Assembly (NCBI GenBank): GCA_964057225.1 | Contig: OZ059899.1 | Coordinates: 4,092,001 to 4,156,000 of the forward strand | Source of the DNA: Auanema rhodensis | Taxonomy: Eukaryota > Animalia > Nematoda | DNA: 64,000 nt | Reading direction: 5' to 3' | Shown: positions 28,201 to 41,066 of the stretch, piece after piece | Layout: the number at the start of each line of letters is the position of its first letter | How positions within the stretch are numbered: position 1 is the stretch's first letter | The notes under the pieces: generated by a model | Database searches by the model: none | Seen by the model: the letters and a program-made list of their open reading frames with translations, nothing else | What the model was told of the DNA's origin: nothing | Position numbers and translations under genes: made by a program

Positions 28201-31200
28201 GTTGAATAACATTGTCCATCGTCTTTGCCTTGAAAAAAGGAATCTAAAAACATCTACTTTTTGCTAAATTATTTTGAAATTTTTCGAAAAAATTTTTGTC
28301 AAAATGTTTTTGGAAGCAATGTTGAGTGTACATGGAAACTCAACATACACTAATGCATCATTTTTCAAACGATCATAACTAATTTTTGTATTAAGCATTT
28401 CTCAATGTAGTATAGTGCATTCGATGCGGATTTTTAAGCTGCGTCGATCTGTGTTATCAGATTTGCGCTAGCTTAAAAATGCACCAAGATATCAACTGAT
28501 ATAAGTTCACACTTATATCCTCGATTTTCACCCTGAAGAATTAATTTTTTCGTTGAATAACATTGTCCATCGTCTTTGCCTTGAAAAAAGGAATCTAAAA
28601 ACATCTACTTTTTGCTAAATTATTTTGAAATTTCTCGAAAAAATTTTTGTCAAAATGTTTTTGGAAGCAATGTTGAGTGTACATGGAAACTCAACATACA
28701 CTAATGCATCATTTTTCAAACGATCATAACTAATTTTTGTATTAAGCATTTCTCAATGTAGTATAGTGCATTCGATGCGGATTTTTAAGCTGCGTCGATC
28801 TGTGTTATCAGATTTGCGCTAGCTTAAAAAAGCACCAAGATATCAACTGATATAAGTTCACACTTATATCCTCGATTTTCACCCTGAAGAATTAATTTTT
28901 TCGTTGAATAACATTGTCCATCGTCTTTGCCTTGAAAAAAGGAATCTAAAAACATCTACTTTTTGCTAAATTATTTTGAAATTTCTCGAAAAAATTTTTG
29001 TCAAAATGTTTTTGGAAGCAATGTTGAGTGTACATGGAAACTCAACATACACTAATGCATCATTTTTCAAACGATCATAACTAATTTTTGTATTAAGCGT
29101 TTCTCAATGTAGTATAGTGCATTCGATGCGGATTTTGAAGCTGCGTCGATCTGTGTTATCAGATTTGCGCTAGCTTAAAAATGCACCGAGATATCAACTG
29201 ATATAAGTTCACACTTATATCCTCGATTTTCACCCTGAAGAATTAATTTTTTCGTTGAATAACATTGTCCATCGTCTTTGCCTTGAAAAATGGAATCTAA
29301 AAACATCTACTTTTTGCTAAATTATTTCGAAATTTTTCGAAAAAATTTTTGTCAAAATGTTTTTGGAAGCAATGTTGAGTGTACATGGAAACTCAACATA
29401 CACTAATGCATCATTTTTCAAACGATCATAACTAATTTTTGTATTAAGCGTTTCTCAATGTAGTATAGTGCATTCGATGCGAATTTTTAAGCTGCGTCGT
29501 TCTGTGTTATCAGATTTGCGCTAGCTTAAAAATGCACCGAGATATCAACTGATATAAGTTTACACTTATATCCTCGATTTTCACCCTGAAGAATTAATTT
29601 TTTCGTTGAATAACTTTGTCCATCGTCTTTGCCTTGAAAAAAGGAATCTAAAAACATCTACTTTTCGCTAAATTATTTTGAAATTTTTCGAAAAAATTTT
29701 TGTCAAAATGTTTTTGGAAGCAATGTTGAGTGTACATGGAAACTCAACATACACTAATGCATCATTTTTCAAACGATCATAACTAATTTTTGTATTAAGC
29801 GTTTCTCAATGTAGTATAGTGCATTCGATGCGGATTTTTAAGCTGCGTCGATCTGTGTTATCAGATTTGCGCTAGCTTAAAAATGCACCAAGATATCAAC
29901 TGATATAAGTTCACACTTATATCCTCGATTTTCACCCTGAAGAATTAATTTTTTCGTTGAATAACATTGTCCATCGTCTTTGCCTTGAAAAAAGGAATCT
30001 AAAAACATCTACTTTTTGCTAAATTATTTTGAAATTTTTCGAAAAAATTTTTGTCAAAATGTTTTTGGAAGCAATGTTGAGTGTACATGGAAACTCAACA
30101 TACACTAATGCATCATTTTTCAAACGATCATAACTAATTTTTGTATTAAGCGTTTCTCAATGTAGTATAGTGCATTCGATGCGGATTTTTAAGCTGCGTC
30201 GATCTGTGTTATCAGATTTGCGCTAGCTTAAAAATGCACCGAGATATCAACTGATATAAGTTTACACTTATATCCTCGATTTTCACCCTGAAGAATTAAT
30301 TTTTTCGTTGAATAACTTTGTCCATCGTCTTTGCCTTGAAAAAAGGAATCTAAAAACATCTACTTTTCGCTAAATTATTTTGAAATTTTTCGAAAAAATG
30401 TTTGTCAAAATGTTTTTGGAAGCAATGTTGAGTGTACATGGAAACTCAACATACACTAATGCATCATTTTTCAAACGATCATAACTAATTTTTGTATTAA
30501 GCGTTTCTCAATGTAGTATAGTGCATTCGATGCGAATTTTTAAGCTGCGTCGTTCTGTGTTATCAGATTTGCGCTAGCTTAAAAATGCACCGAGATATCA
30601 ACTGATATAAGTTCACACTTATATCCTCGATTTTCACCCTGAAGAATTAATTTTTTCGTTGAATAACATTGTCCATCGTCTTTGCCTTGAAAAATGGAAT
30701 CTAAAAACATCTACTTTTTGCTAAATTATTTCGAAATTTTTCGAAAAAATTTTTGTCAAAATGTTTTTGGAAGCAATGTTGAGTGTACATGGAAACTCAA
30801 CATACACTAATGCATCATTTTTCAAACGATCATAACTAATTTTTGTATTAAGCGTTTCTCAATGTAGTATAGTGCATTCGATGCGAATTTTTAAGCTGCG
30901 TCGTTCTGTGTTATCAGATTTGCGCTAGCTTAAAAATGCACCGAGATATCAACTGATATAAGTTTACACTTATATCCTCGATTTTCACCCTGAAGAATTA
31001 ATTTTTTCGTTGAATAACTTTGTCCATCGTCTTTGCCTTGAAAAAAGGAATCTAAAAACATCTACTTTTCGCTAAATTATTTTGAAATTTTTCGAAAAAA
31101 TTTTTGTCAAAATGTTTTTGGAAGCAATGTTGAGTGTACATGGAAACTCAACATACACTAATGCATCATTTTTCAAACGATCATAACTAATTTTTGTATT

Positions 31201-34200
31201 AAGCGTTTCTCAATGTAGTATAGTGCATTCGATGCGAATTTTTAAGCTGCGTCGTTCTGTGTTATCAGATTTGCGCTAGCTTAAAAATGCACCGAGATAT
31301 CAACTGATATAAGTTCACACTTATATCCTCGATTATCACCCTGAAGAATTAATTTTTTCGTTGAATAACATTGTCCATCGTCTTTGCCTTGAAAAAAGGA
31401 ATCTAAAAACATCTACTTTTTGCTAAATTATTTTGAAATTTTTCGAAAAAATTTTTGTCAAAATGTTTTTGGAAGCAATGTTGAGTGTACATGGAAACTC
31501 AACATACACTAATGCATCATTTTTCAAACGATCATAACTAATTTTTGTATTAAGCATTTCTCAATGTAGTATAGTGCATTCGATGCGGATTTTTAAGCTG
31601 CGTCGATCTGTGTTATCAGATTTGCGCTAGCTTAAAAATGCACCAAGATATCAACTGATATAAGTTCACACTTATATCCTCGATTTTCACCCTGAAGAAT
31701 TAATTTTTTCGTTGAATAACATTGTCCATCGTCTTTGCCTTGAAAAAAGGAATCTAAAAACATCTACTTTTCGCTAAATTATTTTGAAATTTTTCGAAAA
31801 AATTTTTGTCAAAATGTTTTTGGAAGCAATGTTGAGTGTACATGGAAACTCAACATACACTAATGCATCATTTTTCAAACGATCATAACTAATTTTTGTA
31901 TTAAGCGTTTCTCAATGTAGTATAGTGCATTCGATGCGGATTTTTAAGCTGCGTCGATCTGTGTTATCAGATTTGCGCTAGCTTAAAAATGCACCGAGAT
32001 ATCAACTGATATAAGTTTACACTTATATCCTCGATTTTCACCCTGAAGAATTAATTTTTTCGTTGAATAACTTTGTCCATCGTCTTTGCCTTGAAAAAAG
32101 GAATCTAAAAACATCTACTTTTCGCTAAATTATTTTGAAATTTTTCGAAAAAATTTTTGTCAAAATGTTTTTGGAAGCAATGTTGAGTGTACATGGAAAC
32201 TCAACATACACTAATGCATCATTTTTCAAACGATCATAACTAATTTTTGTATTAAGCGTTTCTCAATGTAGTATAGTGCATTCGATGCGAATTTTTAAGC
32301 TGCGTCGTTCTGTGTTATCAGATTTGCGCTAGCTTAAAAATGCACCGAGATATCAACTGATATAAGTTCACACTTATATCCTCGATTTTCACCCTGAAGA
32401 ATTAATTTTTTCGTTGAATAACATTGTCCATCGTCTTTGCCTTGAAAAATGGAATCTAAAAACATCTACTTTTCATAAATTATTTCGAAATTTTTCGAAA
32501 AAATTTTTGTCAAAATGTTTTTGGAAGCAATGTTGAGTGTACATGGAAACTCAACATACACTAATGCATCATTTTTCAAACGATCATAACTAATTTTTGT
32601 ATTAAGCGTTTCTCAATGTAGTATAGTGCATTCGATGCGAATTTTTAAGCTGCGTCGTTCTGTGTTATCAGATTTGCGCTAGCTTAAAAATGCACCGAGA
32701 TATCAACTGATATAAGTTTACACTTATATCCTCGATTTTCACCCTGAAGAATTAATTTTTTCGTTGAATAACTTTGTCCATCGTCTTTGCCTTGAAAAAA
32801 GGAATCTAAAAACATCTACTTTTCGCTAAATTATTTTGAAATTTTTCGAAAAAATTTTTGTCAAAATGTTTTTGGAAGCAATGTTGAGTGTACATGGAAA
32901 CTCAACATACACTAATGCATCATTTTTCAAACGATCATAACTAATTTTTGTATTAAGCGTTTCTCAATGTAGTATAGTGCATTCGATGCGAATTTTTAAG
33001 CTGCGTCGTTCTGTGTTATCAGATTTGCGCTAGCTTAAAAATGCACCGAGATATCAACTGATATAAGTTCACACTTATATCCTCGATTTTCACCCTGAAG
33101 AATTAATTTTTTCGTTGAATAACATTGTCCATCGTCTTTGCCTTGAAAAAAGGAATCTAAAAACATCTACTTTTTGCTAAATTATTTTGAAATTTTTCGA
33201 AAAAATTTTTGTCAAAATGTTTTTGGAAGCAATGTTGAGTGTACATGGAAACTCAACATACACTAATGCATCATTTTTCAAACGATCATAACTAATTTTT
33301 GTATTAAGCATTTCTCAATGTAGTATAGTGCATTCGATGCGGATTTTTAAGCTGCGTCGATCTGTGTTATCAGATTTGCGCTAGCTTAAAAATGCACCAA
33401 GATATCAACTGATATAAGTTCACACTTATATCCTCGATTTTCACCCTGAAGAATTAATTTTTTCGTTGAATAACATTGTCCATCGTCTTTGCCTTGAAAA
33501 AAGGAATCTAAAAACATCTACTTTTTGCTAAATTATTTTGAAATTTCTCGAAAAAATTTTTGTCAAAATGTTTTTGGAAGCAATGTTGAGTGTACATGGA
33601 AACTCAACATACACTAATGCATCATTTTTCAAACGATCATAACTAATTTTTGTATTAAGCATTTCTCAATGTAGTATAGTGCATTCGATGCGGATTTTTA
33701 AGCTGCGTCGATCTGTGTTATCAGATTTGCGCTAGCTTAAAAAAGCACCAAGATATCAACTGATATAAGTTCACACTTATATCCTCGATTTTCACCCTGA
33801 AGAATTAATTTTTTCGTTGAATAACATTGTCCATCGTCTTTGCCTTGAAAAAAGGAATCTAAAAACATCTACTTTTTGCTAAATTATTTTGAAATTTCTC
33901 GAAAAAATTTTTGTCAAAATGTTTTTGGAAGCAATGTTGAGTGTACATGGAAACTCAACATACACTAATGCATCATTTTTCAAACGATCATAACTAATTT
34001 TTGTATTAAGCGTTTCTCAATGTAGTATAGTGCATTCGATGCGGATTTTGAAGCTGCGTCGATCTGTGTTATCAGATTTGCGCTAGCTTAAAAATGCACC
34101 GAGATATCAACTGATATAAGTTCACACTTATATCCTCGATTTTCACCCTGAAGAATTAATTTTTTCGTTGAATAACATTGTCCATCGTCTTTGCCTTGAA

Positions 34201-34748
34201 AAATGGAATCTAAAAACATCTACTTTTTGCTAAATTATTTCGAAATTTTTCGAAAAAATTTTTGTCAAAATGTTTTTGGAAGCAATGTTGAGTGTACATG
34301 GAAACTCAACATACACTAATGCATCATTTTTCAAACGATCATAACTAATTTTTGTATTAAGCGTTTCTCAATGTAGTATAGTGCATTCGATGCGAATTTT
34401 TAAGCTGCGTCGTTCTGTGTTATCAGATTTGCGCTAGCTTAAAAATGCACCGAGATATCAACTGATATAAGTTTACACTTATATCCTCGATTTTCACCCT
34501 GAAGAATTAATTTTTTCGTTGAATAACTTTGTCCATCGTCTTTGCCTTGAAAAAAGGAATCTAAAAACATTTACTTTTCGCTAAATTATTTTGAAATTTT
34601 TCGAAAAAATTTTTGTCAAAATGTTTTTGGAAGCAATGTTGAGTGTACATGGAAACTCAACATACACTAATGCATCATTTTTCAAACGATCATAACTAAT
34701 TTTTGTATTAAGCGTTTCTCAATGTAGTATAGTGCAATCGATGCGAAT
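24922..34748. repeat. Local 14-monomer (~4914-bp) tandem duplication, M72-M85 / M86-M99
   Basis: Both halves show the same order of monomer types. The rare marker t214g is in M73 and M87, and t4g in M84 and M98, each pair 14 units apart. Confidence 0.85.
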
Positions 34749-37700
34749 TTTTAAGCTGCGTCGTTCTGTGTTATCAGATTTGCGCTAGCTTAAAAATGCA
34801 CCGAGATATCAACTGATATAAGTTTACACTTATATCCTCGATTTTCACCCTGAAGAATTAATTTTTTCGTTGAATAACTTTGTCCATCGTCTTTGCCTTG
34901 AAAAAAGGAATCTAAAAACATCTACTTTTCGCTAAATTATTTTGAAATTTTTCGAAAAAATTTTTGTCAAAATGTTTTTGGAAGCAATGTTGAGTGTACA
35001 TGGAAACTCAACATACACTAATGCATCATTTTTCAAACGATCATAACTAATTTTTGTATTAAGCGTTTCTCAATGTAGTATAGTGCATTCGATGCGAATT
35101 TTTAAGCTGCGTCGTTCTGTGTTATCAGATTTGCGCTAGCTTAAAAATGCACCGAGATATCAACTGATATAAGTTTACACTTATATCCTCGATTTTCACC
35201 CTGAAGAATTAATTGTTTCGTTGAATAACTTTGTCCATCGTCTTCGCCTTGAAAAAAGGAATCTAAAAACATCTACTTTTCGCTAAATTATTTTGAAATT
35301 TTTCGAAAAAATTTTTGTCAAAATGTTTTTGGAAGCAATGTTGAGTGTACATGGAAACTCAACATACACTAATGCATCATTTTTCAAACGATCATAACTA
35401 ATTTTTGTATTAAGCGTTTCTCAATGTAGTATAGTGCATTCGATGCGAATTTTTAAGCTGCGTCGTTCTGTGTTATCAGATTTGCGCTAGCTTAAAAATG
35501 CACCGAGATATCAACTGATATAAGTTCACACTTATATCCTCGATTTTCACCCTGAAGAATTAATTTTTTCGTTGAATAACATTGTCCATCGTCTTTGCCT
35601 TGAAAAATGGAATCTAAAAACATCTACTTTTTGCTAAATTATTTCGAAATTTTTCGAAAAAATTTTTGTCAAAATGTTTTTGGAAGCAATGTTGAGTGTA
35701 CATGGAAACTCAACATACACTAATGCATCATTTTTCAAACGATCATAACTAATTTTTGTATTAAGCGTTTCTCAATGTAGTATAGTGCATTCGATGCGAA
35801 TTTTTAAGCTGCGTCGTTCTGTGTTATCAGATTTGCGCTAGCTTAAAAATGCACCGAGATATCAACTGATATAAGTTTACACTTATATCCTCGATTTTCA
35901 CCCTGAAGAATTAATTTTTTCGTTGAATAACTTTGTCCATCGTCTTTGCCTTGAAAAAAGGAATCTAAAAACATCTACTTTTTGCTAAATTATTTTGAAA
36001 TTTTTCGAAAAAATTTTTGTCAAAATGTTTTTGGAAGCAATGTTGAGTGTACATGGAAACTCAACATACACTAATGCATCATTTTTCAAACGATCATAAC
36101 TAATTTTTGTATTAAGCGTTTCTCAATGTAGTATAGTGCATTCGATGCGAATTTTTAAGCTGCGTCGTTCTGTGTTATCAGATTTGCGCTAGCTTAAAAA
36201 TGCACCGAGATATCAACTGATATAAGTTCACACTTATATCCTCGATTTTCACCCTGAAGAATTAATTGTTTCGTTGAATAACTTTGTCCATCGTCTTCGC
36301 CTTGAAAAAAGGAATCTAAAAACATCTACTTTTCGCTAAATTATTTTGAAATTTTTCGAAAAAATTTTTGTCAAAATGTTTTTGGAAGCAATGTTGAGTG
36401 TACATGGAAACTCAACATACACTAATGCATCATTTTTCAAACGATCATAACTAATTTTTGTATTAAGCGTTTCTCAATGTAGTATAGTGCATTCGATGCG
36501 AATTTTTAAGCTGCGTCGTTCTGTGTTATCAGATTTGCGCTAGCTTAAAAATGCACCGAGATATCAACTGATATAAGTTCACACTTATATCCTCGATTTT
36601 CACCCTGAAGAATTAATTTTTTCGTTGAATAACATTGTCCATCGTCTTTGCCTTGAAAAATGGAATCTAAAAACATCTACTTTTTGCTAAATTATTTCGA
36701 AATTTTTCGAAAAAATTTTTGTCAAAATGTTTTTGGAAGCAATGTTGAGTGTACATGGAAACTCAACATACACTAATGCATCATTTTTCAAACGATCATA
36801 ACTAATTTTTGTATTAAGCGTTTCTCAATGTAGTATAGTGCAATCGATGCGAATTTTTAAGCTGCGTCGTTCTGTGTTATCAGATTTGCGCTAGCTTAAA
36901 AATGCACCGAGATATCAACTGATATAAGTTTACACTTATATCCTCGATTTTCACCCTGAAGAATTAATTTTTTCGTTGAATAACTTTGTCCATCGTCTTT
37001 GCCTTGAAAAAAGGAATCTAAAAACATCTACTTTTTGCTAAATTATTTTGAAATTTTTCGAAAAAATTTTTGTCAAAATGTTTTTGGAAGCAATGTTGAG
37101 TGTACATGGAAACTCAACATACACTAATGCATCATTTTTCAAACGATCATAACTAATTTTTGTATTAAGCGTTTCTCAATGTAGTATAGTGCATTCGATG
37201 CGAATTTTTAAGCTGCGTCGTTCTGTGTTATCAGATTTGCGCTAGCTTAAAAATGCACCGAGATATCAACTGATATAAGTTCACACTTATATCCTCGATT
37301 TTCACCCTGAAGAATTAATTTTTTCGTTGAATAACATTGTCCATCGTCTTTGCCTTGAAAAAAGGAATCTAAAAACATCTACTTTTTGCTAAATTATTTT
37401 GAAATTTTTCGAAAAAATTTTTGTCAAATTGTTTTTGGAAGCAATGTTGAGTGTACATGGAAACTCAACATACACTAATGCATCATTTTTCAAACGATCA
37501 TAACTAATTTTTGTATTGAGCATTTCTCAATGTAGTATAGTGCATTCGATGCGGATTTTTAAGCTGCGTCGATCTGTGTTATCAGATTTGCGCTAGCTTA
37601 AAAATGCACCAAGATATCAACTGATATAAGTTCACACTTATATCCTCGATTTTCACCCTGAAGAATTAATTTTTTCGTTGAATAACATTGTCCATCGTCT

Positions 37701-40700
37701 TTGCCTTGAAAAAAGGAATCTAAAAACATCTACTTTTTGCTAAATTATTTTGAAATTTCTCGAAAAAATTTTTGTCAAAATGTTTTTGGAAGCAATGTTG
37801 AGTGTACATGGAAACTCAACATACACTAATGCATCATTTTTCAAACGATCATAACTAATTTTTGTATTAAGCATTTCTCAATGTAGTATAGTGCATTCGA
37901 TGCGGATTTTTAAGCTGCGTCGATCTGTGTTATCAGATTTGCGCTAGCTTAAAAAAGCACCAAGATATCAACTGATATAAGTTCACACTTATATCCTCGA
38001 TTTTCACCCTGAAGAATTAATTTTTTCGTTGAATAACATTGTCCATCGTCTTTGCCTTGAAAAAAGGAATCTAAAAACATCTACTTTTTGCTAAATTATT
38101 TTGAAATTTCTCGAAAAAATTTTTGTCAAAATGTTTTTGGAAGCAATGTTGAGTGTACATGGAAACTCAACATACACTAATGCATCATTTTTCAAACGAT
38201 CATAACTAATTTTTGTATTAAGCGTTTCTCAATGTAGTATAGTGCATTCGATGCGGATTTTGAAGCTGCGTCGATCTGTGTTATCAGATTTGCGCTAGCT
38301 TAAAAATGCACCGAGATATCAACTGATATAAGTTCACACTTATATCCTCGATTTTCACCCTGAAGAATTAATTTTTTCGTTGAATAACATTGTCCATCGT
38401 CTTTGCCTTGAAAAATGGAATCTAAAAACATCTACTTTTTGCTAAATTATTTCGAAATTTTTCGAAAAAATTTTTGTCAAAATGTTTTTGGAAGCAATGT
38501 TGAGTGTACATGGAAACTCAACATACACTAATGCATCATTTTTCAAACGATCATAACTAATTTTTGTATTAAGCGTTTCTCAATGTAGTATAGTGCATTC
38601 GATGCGAATTTTTAAGCTGCGTCGTTCTGTGTTATCAGATTTGCGCTAGCTTAAAAATGCACCGAGATATCAACTGATATAAGTTTACACTTATATCCTC
38701 GATTTTCACCCTGAAGAATTAATTTTTTCGTTGAATAACTTTGTCCATCGTCTTTGCCTTGAAAAAAGGAATCTAAAAACATCTACTTTTCGCTAAATTA
38801 TTTTGAAATTTTTCGAAAAAATTTTTGTCAAAATGTTTTTGGAAGCAATGTTGAGTGTACATGGAAACTCAACATACACTAATGCATCATTTTTCAAACG
38901 ATCATAACTAATTTTTGTATTAAGCGTTTCTCAATGTAGTATAGTGCAATCGATGCGAATTTTTAAGCTGCGTCGTTCTGTGTTATCAGATTTGCGCTAG
39001 CTTAAAAATGCACCGAGATATCAACTGATATAAGTTTACACTTATATCCTCGATTTTCACCCTGAAGAATTAATTTTTTCGTTGAATAACTTTGTCCATC
39101 GTCTTTGCCTTGAAAAAAGGAATCTAAAAACATCTACTTTTCGCTAAATTATTTTGAAATTTTTCGAAAAAATTTTTGTCAAAATGTTTTTGGAAGCAAT
39201 GTTGAGTGTACATGGAAACTCAACATACACTAATGCATCATTTTTCAAACGATCATAACTAATTTTTGTATTAAGCGTTTCTCAATGTAGTATAGTGCAT
39301 TCGATGCGAATTTTTAAGCTGCGTCGTTCTGTGTTATCAGATTTGCGCTAGCTTAAAAATGCACCGAGATATCAACTGATATAAGTTTACACTTATATCC
39401 TCGATTTTCACCCTGAAGAATTAATTGTTTCGTTGAATAACTTTGTCCATCGTCTTCGCCTTGAAAAAAGGAATCTAAAAACATCTACTTTTCGCTAAAT
39501 TATTTTGAAATTTTTCGAAAAAATTTTTGTCAAAATGTTTTTGGAAGCAATGTTGAGTGTACATGGAAACTCAACATACACTAATGCATCATTTTTCAAA
39601 CGATCATAACTAATTTTTGTATTAAGCGTTTCTCAATGTAGTATAGTGCATTCGATGCGAATTTTTAAGCTGCGTCGTTCTGTGTTATCAGATTTGCGCT
39701 AGCTTAAAAATGCACCGAGATATCAACTGATATAAGTTCACACTTATATCCTCGATTTTCACCCTGAAGAATTAATTTTTTCGTTGAATAACATTGTCCA
39801 TCGTCTTTGCCTTGAAAAATGGAATCTAAAAACATCTACTTTTTGCTAAATTATTTCGAAATTTTTCGAAAAAATTTTTGTCAAAATGTTTTTGGAAGCA
39901 ATGTTGAGTGTACATGGAAACTCAACATACACTAATGCATCATTTTTCAAACGATCATAACTAATTTTTGTATTAAGCGTTTCTCAATGTAGTATAGTGC
40001 ATTCGATGCGAATTTTTAAGCTGCGTCGTTCTGTGTTATCAGATTTGCGCTAGCTTAAAAATGCACCGAGATATCAACTGATATAAGTTTACACTTATAT
40101 CCTCGATTTTCACCCTGAAGAATTAATTTTTTCGTTGAATAACTTTGTCCATCGTCTTTGCCTTGAAAAAAGGAATCTAAAAACATCTACTTTTTGCTAA
40201 ATTATTTTGAAATTTTTCGAAAAAATTTTTGTCAAAATGTTTTTGGAAGCAATGTTGAGTGTACATGGAAACTCAACATACACTAATGCATCATTTTTCA
40301 AACGATCATAACTAATTTTTGTATTAAGCGTTTCTCAATGTAGTATAGTGCATTCGATGCGAATTTTTAAGCTGCGTCGTTCTGTGTTATCAGATTTGCG
40401 CTAGCTTAAAAATGCACCGAGATATCAACTGATATAAGTTCACACTTATATCCTCGATTTTCACCCTGAAGAATTAATTGTTTCGTTGAATAACTTTGTC
40501 CATCGTCTTCGCCTTGAAAAAAGGAATCTAAAAACATCTACTTTTCGCTAAATTATTTTGAAATTTTTCGAAAAAATTTTTGTCAAAATGTTTTTGGAAG
40601 CAATGTTGAGTGTACATGGAAACTCAACATACACTAATGCATCATTTTTCAAACGATCATAACTAATTTTTGTATTAAGCGTTTCTCAATGTAGTATAGT

Positions 40701-40715
40701 GCATTCGATGCGAAT
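32293..40715. repeat. Local 12-monomer (~4212-bp) tandem duplication, about M93-M104 / M105-M116
   Basis: t116g+t146c occurs in M101, M104 and again in M113, M116; t340a in M99 and M111; t4g in M98 and M110. Confidence 0.85.
32474..32476. other. Only indel seen in the array: gc replaced by a in M93 (350-bp monomer)
   Basis: The sequence reads ctacttttcataaatt instead of ctacttttcgctaaatt, and all downstream monomer starts shift by -1. Confidence 0.9.
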
Positions 40716-41066
40716 TTTTAAGCTGCGTCGTTCTGTGTTATCAGATTTGCGCTAGCTTAAAAATGCACCGAGATATCAACTGATATAAGTTTACACTTAT
40801 ATCCTCGATTTTCACCCTGAAGAATTAATTTTTTCGTTGAATAACTTTGTCCATCGTCTTTGCCTTGAAAAAAGGAATCTAAAAACATCTACTTTTTGCT
40901 AAATTATTTTGAAATTTTTCGAAAAAATTTTTGTCAAAATGTTTTTGGAAGCAATGTTGAGTGTACATGGAAACTCAACATACACTAATGCATCATTTTT
41001 CAAACGATCATAACTAATTTTTGTATTAAGCGTTTCTCAATGTAGTATAGTGCATTCGATGCGAAT

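Larger units (their letters stand above)
1..41066. repeat. Satellite subfamily domain A (M1-M117)
   Basis: Monomers carry combinations of t4g, a16t, t49a, g55a, c77t, a131t, t182c, t195c, t203c, g317a and g349a. Of these, t4g, t49a, g55a, t195c and g317a were not seen to the right of this domain. Confidence 0.88.
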
